The notes under the pieces were generated by a model, which was not told the origin of the DNA, searched no databases, and saw only the letters and a list, made by a program, of their open reading frames with translations. From IMG/VR virus record IMGVR_UViG_3300009428_000005: DNA of 64,000 nucleotides; one strand, written 5' to 3'. This DNA is from an uncultured virus (IMG/VR IMGVR_UViG_3300009428_000005) (taxonomy: Duplodnaviria > Heunggongvirae > Uroviricota > Caudoviricetes). The position numbers and the translations under genes are program-made. Positions 19,175 through 28,751 of the stretch are shown here, piece after piece; position 1 is the stretch's first letter; each line of letters opens with the position of its first letter.

Positions 19175-19816
19175 ATGGCTATAACATTTAGAGCACAAAA
19201 AGGACAAGCATTATCGTATGCAGAAATGGATACCAACTTAGGTAGTTACATTTACTCAGCATCGACTTCTAACAATGGACAACAGCTAGACCTACACTAC
19301 ACAAGTAGTGCAGCAGCAAGTATGAATCAAGCAACTATTGCTGTACCATTAACAAAGGGTATCGGAACCGCAGGTTCTAATATGAGAATACCTTACTTTA
19401 CAAGTAGCGCAGCTCTTACAACAACCCCAGGATTTATCGTACACAGCGGTAAAGTTGGAATAGGATTAAACGAAACAGGTGATGTTCCTTTAACTTACGC
19501 ATTAGAAGTATCCGGTAGTATAAAAGCATCAGCTACAGTAATACAAGGATCAGATGAAAGGTTAAAAGAAAACATTGTTGATATAGAAGACGGTATAGAA
19601 AAAGTACTACACTTGAGAGGAGTTAATTTTGACTGGAAAGATTCAGGTGATACCAATCCAGGTGTAATTGCCCAAGAAATACAGAAAGTTATTCCGGAAG
19701 TTGTCTATGAAGATAAAAAAGGCTATCTTGGAGTTAACTATAGTGGTATAGTACCATACTTGATAGAAGCAATAAAGGACCTACAGGAACAAGTAGACGA
19801 GTTAAAAAATAAATAA
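19175..19816 (+). CDS. Short tail fibre with C-terminal intramolecular chaperone (peptidase S74)
   Basis: SDERLKENI...LRGVNFDWK...GVIAQE...VNYSGIVPYLIEAIKDLQ. Confidence 0.85.
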   Translation: MAITFRAQKGQALSYAEMDTNLGSYIYSASTSNNGQQLDLHYTSSAAASMNQATIAVPLTKGIGTAGSNMRIPYFTSSAALTTTPGFIVHSGKVGIGLNETGDVPLTYALEVSGSIKASATVIQGSDERLKENIVDIEDGIEKVLHLRGVNFDWKDSGDTNPGVIAQEIQKVIPEVVYEDKKGYLGVNYSGIVPYLIEAIKDLQEQVDELKNK

Positions 19817-19818
19817 CA

Positions 19819-22347
19819 ATGGCACTAACATTTAGAGACGGATTAGGAAGAGCTTTAACTCATACAGAGTTAGATACTAACTTTAGAGAACTATATTATT
19901 CAAGTTCTTATACCTCTCATTCTATAAGTTTATTTAAATCTAAATCTCTAAATGCAGAGACAATCCTTCCTGTTAACCAAGCAAGAGGATCTAAATACTC
20001 AATACAGGTTAAATCTGGATCCGAAGCATTAGGTACAGGATCTATTGCAACAGGGTCAAGCTACTTCTTATGGAACTATAACCAAAAGAAACTTATTGTA
20101 ACCGGATCAGGAAACATTACGGGAGACCTTACTGTAGGAGGAACAGTATTTGCACAAGAGTTTAAAACAGAACTAATTAGTTCGTCTATTATATTCGACT
20201 CAGGATCAACTAAGTTTGGAGACTCATTAGACGATTTTCACGATTTTACAGGTAGCGTAAGTACAACAGGAAGTGGAGCATTAATTGGAAATTATACTCA
20301 AACAGGAAACAATACAACAGTAGGTAAATTAGAACTTACTGGAAGTAACTTACACTTAGGTAATACTACTAGAATTGGAAATACTAACTTGACAGGAGTA
20401 CTACAATCAACAGGTAACACTATTCTTTCAGGATCTACTCACACAGTAACTGGTAATGTAACTCATGTTGGTAATGTAAATCAAACAGGAAACACTACTA
20501 TAAATGGAAGCATACTTCATACTGGAAGCCTTACACATTCAGGTTCAATATCTATAAACTCAACAGGTAATGTTACTCTAACAGGAGGAGTCACTCAAAC
20601 TGGACTACTTACAAGGACAGGTGAAACTCAACTTACAGGTAACCTTAAAGTTACCGGATCAGGAGTAGTAAGCAGTAACTTACAAGTTGCTGGTAACTTA
20701 CAAGTCAACGGTACAGGTTCATTTGGTTACGTTCAAACAATTACCGGGTCAGCTAAAATAATAGGAGATGCATTTCTTATACTTAATAATAATACTCCAA
20801 CTGCTAGGTATGCAGGGATAAAAGTAATAGACTCAGGATCGTCTAATGTAACAGCATCACTACAGTTTGATGGATCAACTAACGATTGGTTCCAAGAATA
20901 TGAAGGTGGAGCAGATGATCATAAGGTAGTAATATTTGGACCGTCTTACCCTACTAAAGGAACTCCGATATATCCTTTAGCAAATCAAATTCAAAAAGGA
21001 ACAGGTACCGGCCATTTAACAGGTAGTAATATAACAGACAACGGTTCGACAGTGACTGTAACTTCTGGAACATTTGCCATACCGGGTATTACTAATGTTT
21101 CTTCTTCAATATCAGCAGCAAGTGGCGGTTCAACAAATATAGTGGACGATAATGCTCCAAAACTAGGAGGAAATTTAGATATAAATTCTCGCATCATATC
21201 AGGCTCGGGTGGAATTAATATTAATGGTAACATAACAGGCCTTAAGATAACAGGAAGTAATGCAAAACTTGCAACATTAAATGTAAATACACCATCTGCA
21301 GGAACAACTAATGCTATACTTATTTCAAGAGATACACAAGGAGAAGCTGGAGTTATAAAACAAGTAACAGGAGGAATTGAAATTCATTCTCAAAAAAACC
21401 TAACATTAGGTGCTGATGAAGATGGCTCATATACAGGAGGAAGTTCAAATGTTATATTCAAAACAGATGGCACAGAAAAGGCACGTATAGATTCTGACGG
21501 TAACATTGGTATCGGGACTGATTCGCCTAACGCAAAATTAGACGTAAATGGAGTGGTTGTTATTGCTCCGAATACAGATGGTAAACAAACTTTTGAGTTT
21601 ACAACTAATGCCACTAATGATGCTCGTCTTTTAATGAAGTCAGATACTACTGTAAAAGTTGAAATTCAAGCAAACAATAATACTTACTTTAACGGTGGCA
21701 ACGTCGGTATAGGAACAACTACTCCTGATGCACTTTTAAATATAGAAAGTTCTAATGTTGATACAGCTAGAATTAGATTGGGATGCACAAAGGATGGAAC
21801 GTGGGCTGTAGGAAACACTATAGGTTCACTAGACTTTTTCTCAGCAGATACAACAGCACCAGGAGCAGTGCTTAGAGGTTCTGTGTCTATGAAAGCAGAG
21901 ATTGCAAGTGGTGCTGATACGGGTATGGCATTTGCTACTTACAACAATACCGAGCGCATGAGAATTGCAGCTAACGGTAATGTTGGTATAGGGACTAGTG
22001 CTCCTGCTGCAAAATTAGATGTAGCAGGGGATATAAGAGCTACAGGAGATATAACAGCATACTACTCTTCGGATGAAAGGTTAAAAGATAATGTTACTCC
22101 TATATCAAACCCGATAGAGAAATTAAAATCTATAGGGGGATATGAATTTGATTGGAATTCTAAATCAAACCATGAAGGACACGATGTTGGAGTTATTGCT
22201 CAAGAAATAGAAGCCATACTTCCAGAAATAGTAGTAGATAGAGATAACGGCTATAAAGCTGTACGTTATGAAAAAATTGTCGCGTTATTAATTGAAGCTA
22301 TAAAAGATCAGCAAGGTCAAATTGATGAGCTGAAATCTAAACTCTAG
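19819..22347 (+). CDS. Long tail fibre with C-terminal peptidase S74 chaperone
   Basis: Gly/Thr repeats, three GN(V/I)GIGT..P modules, SSDERLKDN...GVIAQE...VRYEKIVALLIEAIK. Confidence 0.85.
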   Translation: MALTFRDGLGRALTHTELDTNFRELYYSSSYTSHSISLFKSKSLNAETILPVNQARGSKYSIQVKSGSEALGTGSIATGSSYFLWNYNQKKLIVTGSGNITGDLTVGGTVFAQEFKTELISSSIIFDSGSTKFGDSLDDFHDFTGSVSTTGSGALIGNYTQTGNNTTVGKLELTGSNLHLGNTTRIGNTNLTGVLQSTGNTILSGSTHTVTGNVTHVGNVNQTGNTTINGSILHTGSLTHSGSISINSTGNVTLTGGVTQTGLLTRTGETQLTGNLKVTGSGVVSSNLQVAGNLQVNGTGSFGYVQTITGSAKIIGDAFLILNNNTPTARYAGIKVIDSGSSNVTASLQFDGSTNDWFQEYEGGADDHKVVIFGPSYPTKGTPIYPLANQIQKGTGTGHLTGSNITDNGSTVTVTSGTFAIPGITNVSSSISAASGGSTNIVDDNAPKLGGNLDINSRIISGSGGININGNITGLKITGSNAKLATLNVNTPSAGTTNAILISRDTQGEAGVIKQVTGGIEIHSQKNLTLGADEDGSYTGGSSNVIFKTDGTEKARIDSDGNIGIGTDSPNAKLDVNGVVVIAPNTDGKQTFEFTTNATNDARLLMKSDTTVKVEIQANNNTYFNGGNVGIGTTTPDALLNIESSNVDTARIRLGCTKDGTWAVGNTIGSLDFFSADTTAPGAVLRGSVSMKAEIASGADTGMAFATYNNTERMRIAANGNVGIGTSAPAAKLDVAGDIRATGDITAYYSSDERLKDNVTPISNPIEKLKSIGGYEFDWNSKSNHEGHDVGVIAQEIEAILPEIVVDRDNGYKAVRYEKIVALLIEAIKDQQGQIDELKSKL

Positions 22348-22362
22348 CGACCAGAACTAATC

Positions 22363-22857
22363 ATGAAAAACATGCCAACACAACCTACCTGGTCACACCA
22401 GGGGAGGTTAATTACTGACATTTCAGATATGCCAAAAGGTACCTATGGGTTTATATATGAAGTAATTCATAAACCAACTGATACTAGATACATAGGAAAA
22501 AAAGTTCTCTACTTTGAACGTAATAAAAGACTAGGTAAAAGAGCTTTAGAGGAATTAAGATTAGATAGAAAGGCAAAAGGAATAGGCGGTAGGACTCCAC
22601 TTAAGCAAAAAGTAGTAACAGAATCAGATTGGAAATCTTATTATGGTTCTCAAAAAGAAATATTAGCTATATCTAAAAAAGATAATGCTCAAGAGAATTG
22701 GGAAAAAAGAATCCTTGAATTTGTACCTAATAAAAAGCTGTTAACCTATTATGAGACTAAACACCTATTTATTAATAACGTATTAGAGGATGAATACAGT
22801 TCTCATATAAATGATAACGTACTCGGTAAATTTTACCGTAAAGACTTTAAAGTATGA
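22363..22857 (+). CDS. GIY-YIG nuclease family protein
   Basis: YGFIYEVIH...RYIGKK...ESDWKSYYGS. Confidence 0.75.
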   Translation: MKNMPTQPTWSHQGRLITDISDMPKGTYGFIYEVIHKPTDTRYIGKKVLYFERNKRLGKRALEELRLDRKAKGIGGRTPLKQKVVTESDWKSYYGSQKEILAISKKDNAQENWEKRILEFVPNKKLLTYYETKHLFINNVLEDEYSSHINDNVLGKFYRKDFKV

Positions 22858-23159
22858 AACTAGCAGATATAATTCTAAAAGAAGATAACAGGTACAACGA
22901 CGACGGTTACGACGAAGGAGATATCAAACTAATGGGTGATATGATTCTTCCTACTGATAAAATGGTTGTACTCCAAGCAGAGGAGGATACATATAATAGA
23001 GGATTACTAGTAACTAGCAATAAAGATAAAAGTTACGATGTAGCATACTGGGCAGACGATAAGACTAAGCCTTATCCTATAGGAATAGAGATAGACGGTG
23101 TAGAAGTATCTAAAGATGCAAAAATAATAAAATTTATGTTTCACCCAGAAATGAAATAA
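22854..23159 (+). CDS. Hypothetical protein with MKLADIILKE leader
   Basis: 101 aa; ATGA overlap. Confidence 0.75.
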   Translation: MKLADIILKEDNRYNDDGYDEGDIKLMGDMILPTDKMVVLQAEEDTYNRGLLVTSNKDKSYDVAYWADDKTKPYPIGIEIDGVEVSKDAKIIKFMFHPEMK

Positions 23160-23160
23160 T

Positions 23161-23946
23161 ATGATAAGAATAAAAGATATATTAGGATACCCATCTCTAG
23201 CTTACCATATAGACAATAAGCTCTCATTGCATGAGCATGTCTACCGTTATAACTCTAAAGCCTTTATACAATTGTTTAATGAAGCAAGAGAAGCTCTTAG
23301 AGACGAAGCTATTGAGTTAAACGAAACAGATAGAGAGCTCTTAGAAACAACTGACATAGGAGAATACGCAGATTATAATGGTATGAGGGTACCTTTAGAC
23401 TTACCAATGGTCTCTGCAAAATATAACCCACTATTTGAAATTGGCTGTCTAATTGACGATATGATTGAAAACGAGGACACAATCGACGAAGCCTCTACTA
23501 TCGAGCAAATGATAGATTTTGATTTAATAAAAGAGCTAGTAGAATCAATTGGAGCAAATATTAATATGGATAAATTTAGGAAAGCAGTTAGTATTCAAAA
23601 TGAATCATTTGACTATTCTGGATTTGACATGATAAAAGCCTCAGTCGGATATATGAATGAGCTAGAATATAAAGGTAAAAAAGTAAAACTTAACAAACCT
23701 AAACGTGGAGGCTCTAAAAAATTCTACGTATATGTTAAATCTAAAAAAGGTAATGTAAAAAAAGTATCTTTTGGAGATACTAACTTATCAGTTAAGTTTA
23801 AACAAAAAGGAGCAAGAGCATCTTTTGCAGCACGACATAAATGTGCTACTAAGAAAGACAAAACAAAAGCAGGGTACTGGTCCTGTAATATAGGTCGCTA
23901 TTGGAAATCATTAGGCGGCAGCGCTAACTTTTCAGGATATTGGTAG
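23161..23946 (+). CDS. Modular hypothetical protein (acidic N-part, very basic C-terminal domain)
   Basis: The basic domain EYKGKKVKLNKPKRGGSKKFYVYV...ARASFAARHKC...AGYWSC follows YMNE. Confidence 0.75.
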   Translation: MIRIKDILGYPSLAYHIDNKLSLHEHVYRYNSKAFIQLFNEAREALRDEAIELNETDRELLETTDIGEYADYNGMRVPLDLPMVSAKYNPLFEIGCLIDDMIENEDTIDEASTIEQMIDFDLIKELVESIGANINMDKFRKAVSIQNESFDYSGFDMIKASVGYMNELEYKGKKVKLNKPKRGGSKKFYVYVKSKKGNVKKVSFGDTNLSVKFKQKGARASFAARHKCATKKDKTKAGYWSCNIGRYWKSLGGSANFSGYW

Positions 23947-23949
23947 GAT

Positions 23950-24267
23950 ATGAAATTAATTAAACTTATATTAGAGGATACAAAAGAAACTTTCGATGAC
24001 TTTGCTGAAGGTAGAGAAAAAGGAGCAAGTAAAATTGCTTCATCTGCTAAAGAAAAAGGAGGTGATTCATTATTAACTTATGAACACTTTAACGTAAAGC
24101 TTTCTTATTATAAAAAAGCAGCTGACGGAAAATTTAATCTAGAAGCAGCTCAAAAAGAGTTTGAAGAGACTCACAAAAAAATTAGTTCTACTATGAGCCA
24201 GACGGCGTTTCAAAAAGAAATGGGGAGGTTAGAGGTTCTAGGAGAGTTAATTATTAAACACGGATAA
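23950..24267 (+). CDS. Hypothetical protein with MKLIKLILE leader
   Basis: 105 aa. Confidence 0.75.
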   Translation: MKLIKLILEDTKETFDDFAEGREKGASKIASSAKEKGGDSLLTYEHFNVKLSYYKKAADGKFNLEAAQKEFEETHKKISSTMSQTAFQKEMGRLEVLGELIIKHG

Positions 24268-24352
24268 TTATTTTAAATTTTCACCTTAATGAAAAAGTTA
24301 TTACTAATACCACTAAACGATTATCAAATCGCACCATCTGCTTGTTTACCAA

Positions 24353-24619
24353 GTGAATAATAAACCCTACAAAGAAACATTAGGTAAGGAGTATTCTGTG
24401 AGAGAGTTTTTACAGAGTACCTCATCACTTGAATATGTTTGGCATAGAGATAAAGAAGATAGGTACGTACAGCCTATTAATTATTCTGATTGGAAGCTAC
24501 AACTAGACAATACAGTACCTGTGGAGTTCGGTAATAGTAAACTATTTATACCTAAAGAGACTTACCACAGACTTATAAAAGGAACAGGTGATATAACTCT
24601 CAAAGTTTGGAAACTATAA
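24353..24619 (+). CDS. Small cupin-fold protein
   Basis: WHRDKEDR and FIPKETYHRLIKGTG match the two cupin motifs; GTG start. Confidence 0.65.
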   Translation: MNNKPYKETLGKEYSVREFLQSTSSLEYVWHRDKEDRYVQPINYSDWKLQLDNTVPVEFGNSKLFIPKETYHRLIKGTGDITLKVWKL

Positions 24620-24629
24620 AATAACTTAA

Positions 24630-24974
24630 ATGAAACTATCAGATATTATCTTAACAGAAGGACATGACTATGATAAATATAAGCATGTAGCTCTCGATAT
24701 AACAAAAGAGCTTACTGTTGGATACGGTGATTATAATCCAATGGTTAGTATGGGGCATTATGTTGAGGACGGACCTAATGCAGGGAAAGGATATGGATCA
24801 GTTGAATTTAAAGTTGAAGAAGCACTTCCAGATGACACATTTAGACAAGTAGTAGCGTTCCTTAAAACCAGAAAATATAATGTAACATCAGAAGCTAATT
24901 ACTATGATGATGATGGGGATAGATATTACTATCCTAGAATACAATTCGAGTTTTCACAAAGCGATGTAAAATGA
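24630..24974 (+). CDS. Hypothetical protein with MKLSDIILTE leader
   Basis: 114 aa. Confidence 0.75.
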   Translation: MKLSDIILTEGHDYDKYKHVALDITKELTVGYGDYNPMVSMGHYVEDGPNAGKGYGSVEFKVEEALPDDTFRQVVAFLKTRKYNVTSEANYYDDDGDRYYYPRIQFEFSQSDVK

Positions 24975-25165
24975 AACTATCCAAAATTATACTAGAAGAT
25001 AAAACTATTGTAGCAAGAACAGAAGTAGATATGTCTAATGATGATATCAATAAACTAACTGAATCTATAACAAATCAACTAGAAGAATTCCTAGACACAG
25101 GCAACAGAGACCTTATAAGGATTACAGTAGCAACTGCTATTAACGAACTGCTCCAAAACAAATAA
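24971..25165 (+). CDS. Hypothetical protein with MKLSKIILE leader
   Basis: 64 aa. Confidence 0.7.
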   Translation: MKLSKIILEDKTIVARTEVDMSNDDINKLTESITNQLEEFLDTGNRDLIRITVATAINELLQNK

Positions 25166-25173
25166 TATAAAAG

Positions 25174-25204
25174 TTTGCCGTCTGAATAAAAGTTCTTATC
25201 TTTA
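25174..25204 (+). promoter_or_regulatory. Early/host-sigma-type promoter for primase-exonuclease
   Basis: TTTG-N19-TATCTTTA. Confidence 0.7.
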
Positions 25205-25225
25205 CTATAAGATACGGACGGTTAT

Positions 25226-26149
25226 ATGGATTACGCTTTTCTTTTAGGAAGTATAGAGAATATACTAGGTAAGAGTCATAAGAGAGCTAGAGATAATTAT
25301 GCTTTCTCATGCCCTTTTTGCAATCACCGCAAACCTAAGTTAGAAATTAATATGTTTACTAACGAAGAAGGTAAGAACTACTGGGAATGTTGGGTTTGTC
25401 AAACTAGAGGGACTACGATTAGGTCCCTATTAAGACAGTTGCAAACACCTCGTGATCAAGCAGTAGATATTCTTAAGTTTGTACCGAAAGGGAATGAGGT
25501 GGAATACAAACACCTATCTATATTAGAACTACCAAAAGAGTTTCAATTGCTTCAAAATGCAACAACAACATCAGTTACAGCTAACTTAATTAAAAAATAC
25601 CTATATGCAAGAGGACTTAGCTCAACAGATTTTATTAAATATGGTATTGGATACGCAGCAAGTGGAGAGTATGGAGGAAGAGTTATTATTCCAAGTTATT
25701 CTAGATCCAATCAACTCAATTTCTTTGTTGCACGAAGTTACCAGGGGGATTACTTTAAATACAAGAACCCTGAAACTTCAAAAGATATAATATTCTTTGA
25801 GAACTTAATTAATTGGAATATGCCTATCATACTATGTGAAGGTGTATTTGATGCTATAGCTATAAAACGTAATGTCATACCCATACTAGGAAAGTCAATC
25901 TCTACAGCTCTATACAAAAAGATTCTTATAAGCCCTCTTGAAGATATATACATTGCATTAGATAATGATGCTAAAACAAAAGCATTACAAATATCAGAAC
26001 AATTCTTAAACCTCGGTAAAAGAGTATTCTTAATTGATATGAAAGAAAAAGACCCATCTAACATGGGCTTTAAGTCATTTACAGATTTAATTAAAACAGC
26101 AGAAGAATTAGACCTTAGCAGTCTAATGATGCATAAGCTAGATTTATGA
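25226..26149 (+). CDS. DNA primase (zinc finger + TOPRIM)
   Basis: CPFC...WECWVC, GRVIIP, KYKNP, LCEGVFDA, IALDNDA, KDP. Confidence 0.9.
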   Translation: MDYAFLLGSIENILGKSHKRARDNYAFSCPFCNHRKPKLEINMFTNEEGKNYWECWVCQTRGTTIRSLLRQLQTPRDQAVDILKFVPKGNEVEYKHLSILELPKEFQLLQNATTTSVTANLIKKYLYARGLSSTDFIKYGIGYAASGEYGGRVIIPSYSRSNQLNFFVARSYQGDYFKYKNPETSKDIIFFENLINWNMPIILCEGVFDAIAIKRNVIPILGKSISTALYKKILISPLEDIYIALDNDAKTKALQISEQFLNLGKRVFLIDMKEKDPSNMGFKSFTDLIKTAEELDLSSLMMHKLDL

Positions 26150-26928
26150 TAAAACAAGGTATGAACATTCTAGAACAGAATGAAAAAAAGAAATTAGACT
26201 TTAACCCTAAATTAAAGCAAATAAACTTTTTAGACCGTAGAGTCTATAAGAGAGGCGAAGGAGTATATTACCCGTCCGTAACTACAATACTCCAATATAT
26301 GCCCAAGAATAAGTTCTTCGAATCGTGGATGAAGGATGTTGGGCATAACGCTGATCTTATTATGCGTAGAGCAGGTAAAGAAGGTACACAAGTACATGAA
26401 GCTGCAGAACAGTTGATACTAGGAAATGAAGTAACATGGATGGATGATTACGGTAGAGCTAAATATAGCCAACTTGTATGGGAAATGATATTAAAGTTTC
26501 ATGACTTCTGGACAACTCATAAACCAGAACTTATTTCTGCAGAAGAATTTGTATGGTCAGATAAACATAAGTATGCAGGTACAGCAGACATTGTATGTAA
26601 AATGAATGGAGAAATATGGTTACTAGACATCAAAACATCCAACTCAGTACACAAGTCTTTTGATCTTCAGTTAGCTTCATATGCAAAAGCGTTAGAAGAA
26701 TCTAAAAACCAGAAAATTGATAGGACAGGTATCATTTGGCTTAAAGCTCAAAGTAGAGGACCCTCTAAACAGAAAAATGTAATACAGGGTAAAGGATGGA
26801 AAGTATTACAAATAGACAAAATTGAAGAGAACTTTGAACTATTTCAACTTATATATAGACTATACGGATTAGAACATCCCGTAGTTGAACCTATTTATAA
26901 TAGTTACCCTACTACACTTAAACTATAA
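26146..26928 (+). CDS. PD-(D/E)XK exonuclease
   Basis: YPSVTTIL, GTQVH, YAGTAD, LLDIKTS, QLASYA. Confidence 0.85.
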   Translation: MIKQGMNILEQNEKKKLDFNPKLKQINFLDRRVYKRGEGVYYPSVTTILQYMPKNKFFESWMKDVGHNADLIMRRAGKEGTQVHEAAEQLILGNEVTWMDDYGRAKYSQLVWEMILKFHDFWTTHKPELISAEEFVWSDKHKYAGTADIVCKMNGEIWLLDIKTSNSVHKSFDLQLASYAKALEESKNQKIDRTGIIWLKAQSRGPSKQKNVIQGKGWKVLQIDKIEENFELFQLIYRLYGLEHPVVEPIYNSYPTTLKL

Positions 26929-26931
26929 TAT

Positions 26932-27816
26932 ATGCGAAAATTACTACTTACCTTATCTATTCTTATTTTAATAGGCTGTTCTACTTTTAAACTCTCGACT
27001 CATAACTATGATCCTATATACGGACCAACAGGAGATGAAATTGAAGTAGGTGTAATTAATACTCAATGGGAATTAAATAGAAAGCTAAGAGACGATTTTC
27101 AATTTAGATATAATTTTGCTGAATATGCAATGAATCAGCCTTACAGCTGGTACTTTAATAACCGCACACTTAATAGGTATAACATGTGGAATCCATATAG
27201 TAGGTTCGATATGTACGCTAACAGTAATAACTTTTGGATGAATTGGGCATTTGATTACCCATTTAATAACTTTAATTATAACTGGAGAGACCCTTTTGGG
27301 TTTAATTCAATGTATGGAAGTAACGGTTATAATAATTGGGGATACGGTAATAGCTGGTATGATCCATATAACAGAAGGGGTAATCGATATACATGGAATA
27401 ACTTGTATTATAATCAACCTAAAAATAGAAACATATCTTACAATAGAGGTAGAAGAGGAAGTAGCAGTGTTAATCCAAGATCAGCAACAGCAGGTAATAC
27501 CCTAGTTAACCAACAACCCGCTTCTACAATCGACCGTATGGTTAATAAATTGAGAGAAAAAAATAAAGAAGTAAGAGTATACCTAAGTCCTAACAGTGTA
27601 CCTACTGTAATAAGACGTAGAAATAATAATATACAGCTGACTAGAACCAATAATAGACGTACTATTTATAATAATAATAATAGTAGGTCTAATCAAATAA
27701 GGAGACAAGAAGTTCAAAGAACCTCTACTCCTAGAAGAAGTAGTTCTAATAGTAGTAATACTCCTACTAGAAGTAATAATAAGTCTACATCTAATAACGG
27801 AAGAAAGCAACAATGA
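26932..27816 (+). CDS. Lipoprotein with Asn/Tyr/Trp-rich and Arg/Ser/Asn-rich low-complexity regions
   Basis: MRKLLLTLSILILIG-C lipobox; composition; TATTTATA at 26892-26899. Confidence 0.7.
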   Translation: MRKLLLTLSILILIGCSTFKLSTHNYDPIYGPTGDEIEVGVINTQWELNRKLRDDFQFRYNFAEYAMNQPYSWYFNNRTLNRYNMWNPYSRFDMYANSNNFWMNWAFDYPFNNFNYNWRDPFGFNSMYGSNGYNNWGYGNSWYDPYNRRGNRYTWNNLYYNQPKNRNISYNRGRRGSSSVNPRSATAGNTLVNQQPASTIDRMVNKLREKNKEVRVYLSPNSVPTVIRRRNNNIQLTRTNNRRTIYNNNNSRSNQIRRQEVQRTSTPRRSSSNSSNTPTRSNNKSTSNNGRKQQ

Positions 27817-28751
27817 TTAAATTAATGCACATATTAACCGAAGATAGTAATAAACCTAAAGCTGTAATAATGGCAGGAGGAGCAGGCTCTGGGAAAACAT
27901 ATCTACTTAACCAACTCGGTATAGAAGGACTAACTTCTTTTAATCCAGACAAATACGTTGAAGATCCAGATCATCCCTACCATAATAACCTAGGAGCTGC
28001 ATCAAACCAAATAAATAAAGACGTAAATGCCGCTGCAGATGATAAAATGAGTTTTTTATGGGATACAACAGCATCGGGAGTTAGATTTGATGAAACATTA
28101 AATAAGTTAATTTCATTAGGTTATGATATATATATGATACTAGTATATAGTCACCCTATGATTTCTTATATCTCTAACTTCTCTAGAGGTAGAAATATAC
28201 CTGCAGCATCAGTTTTCTCAACTTGGAGAAACGCTTATCAAAAAATTGGTGAGTTTCAAAAGAAGACTAAAGGTAATCTTTCAATATTTGTAAACGATCA
28301 CGGAGGTAAATTTACTAATGAAGTAGAGGCATTTAATACTGCTGCTAAAAACGGCATTAACGGTATTAAAGACTACTTAGCTGCATATAACGAAAAGACA
28401 GGAGCAGGGAAAAGCTCTTTCTTTAAACCAGTAGTAATGTCTCCAGAAGAGGAACAAGAATTTAATAAAGCTGTAGTAAACGTCGATTGGAATAAAGATA
28501 ACAGATCAGAAGATAAAGCTTTAAAAACAGCCTTCCTTAAGTCTTATCAAAAAATAGGTACTGGACCAGGTGAGGATAAACTTAAAGACACGGTAAAAAA
28601 ATATAAAGATAAAAGTGTTGGCGAAAAAGAAAAAAGCGATGCAGTACTAACCAGTATCGCTGACATGATATATTCACCTGAATTTCAAGAACTACTAAAA
28701 CATTCAACACCTAAAGAAATAGATACTAAAGTACAATCATTCTTAGCATGA
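27813..28751 (+). CDS. P-loop kinase (zeta-toxin/AAA_33-like) with MIKLMHILTE leader
   Basis: AVIMAGGAGSGKT, FNPD, FLWDTT, NFSRGRNIP. Confidence 0.8.
   Translation: MIKLMHILTEDSNKPKAVIMAGGAGSGKTYLLNQLGIEGLTSFNPDKYVEDPDHPYHNNLGAASNQINKDVNAAADDKMSFLWDTTASGVRFDETLNKLISLGYDIYMILVYSHPMISYISNFSRGRNIPAASVFSTWRNAYQKIGEFQKKTKGNLSIFVNDHGGKFTNEVEAFNTAAKNGINGIKDYLAAYNEKTGAGKSSFFKPVVMSPEEEQEFNKAVVNVDWNKDNRSEDKALKTAFLKSYQKIGTGPGEDKLKDTVKKYKDKSVGEKEKSDAVLTSIADMIYSPEFQELLKHSTPKEIDTKVQSFLA

Noticed and set aside
24289..24360. 23-aa ORF MKKLLLIPLNDYQIAPSACLPSE
   Set aside because: Too short and featureless to support; may be a remnant or chance ORF.
27813..28751. Epsilon/zeta toxin-antitoxin pair
   Set aside because: No small adjacent antitoxin-like gene, and a P-loop alone does not establish zeta-toxin activity.
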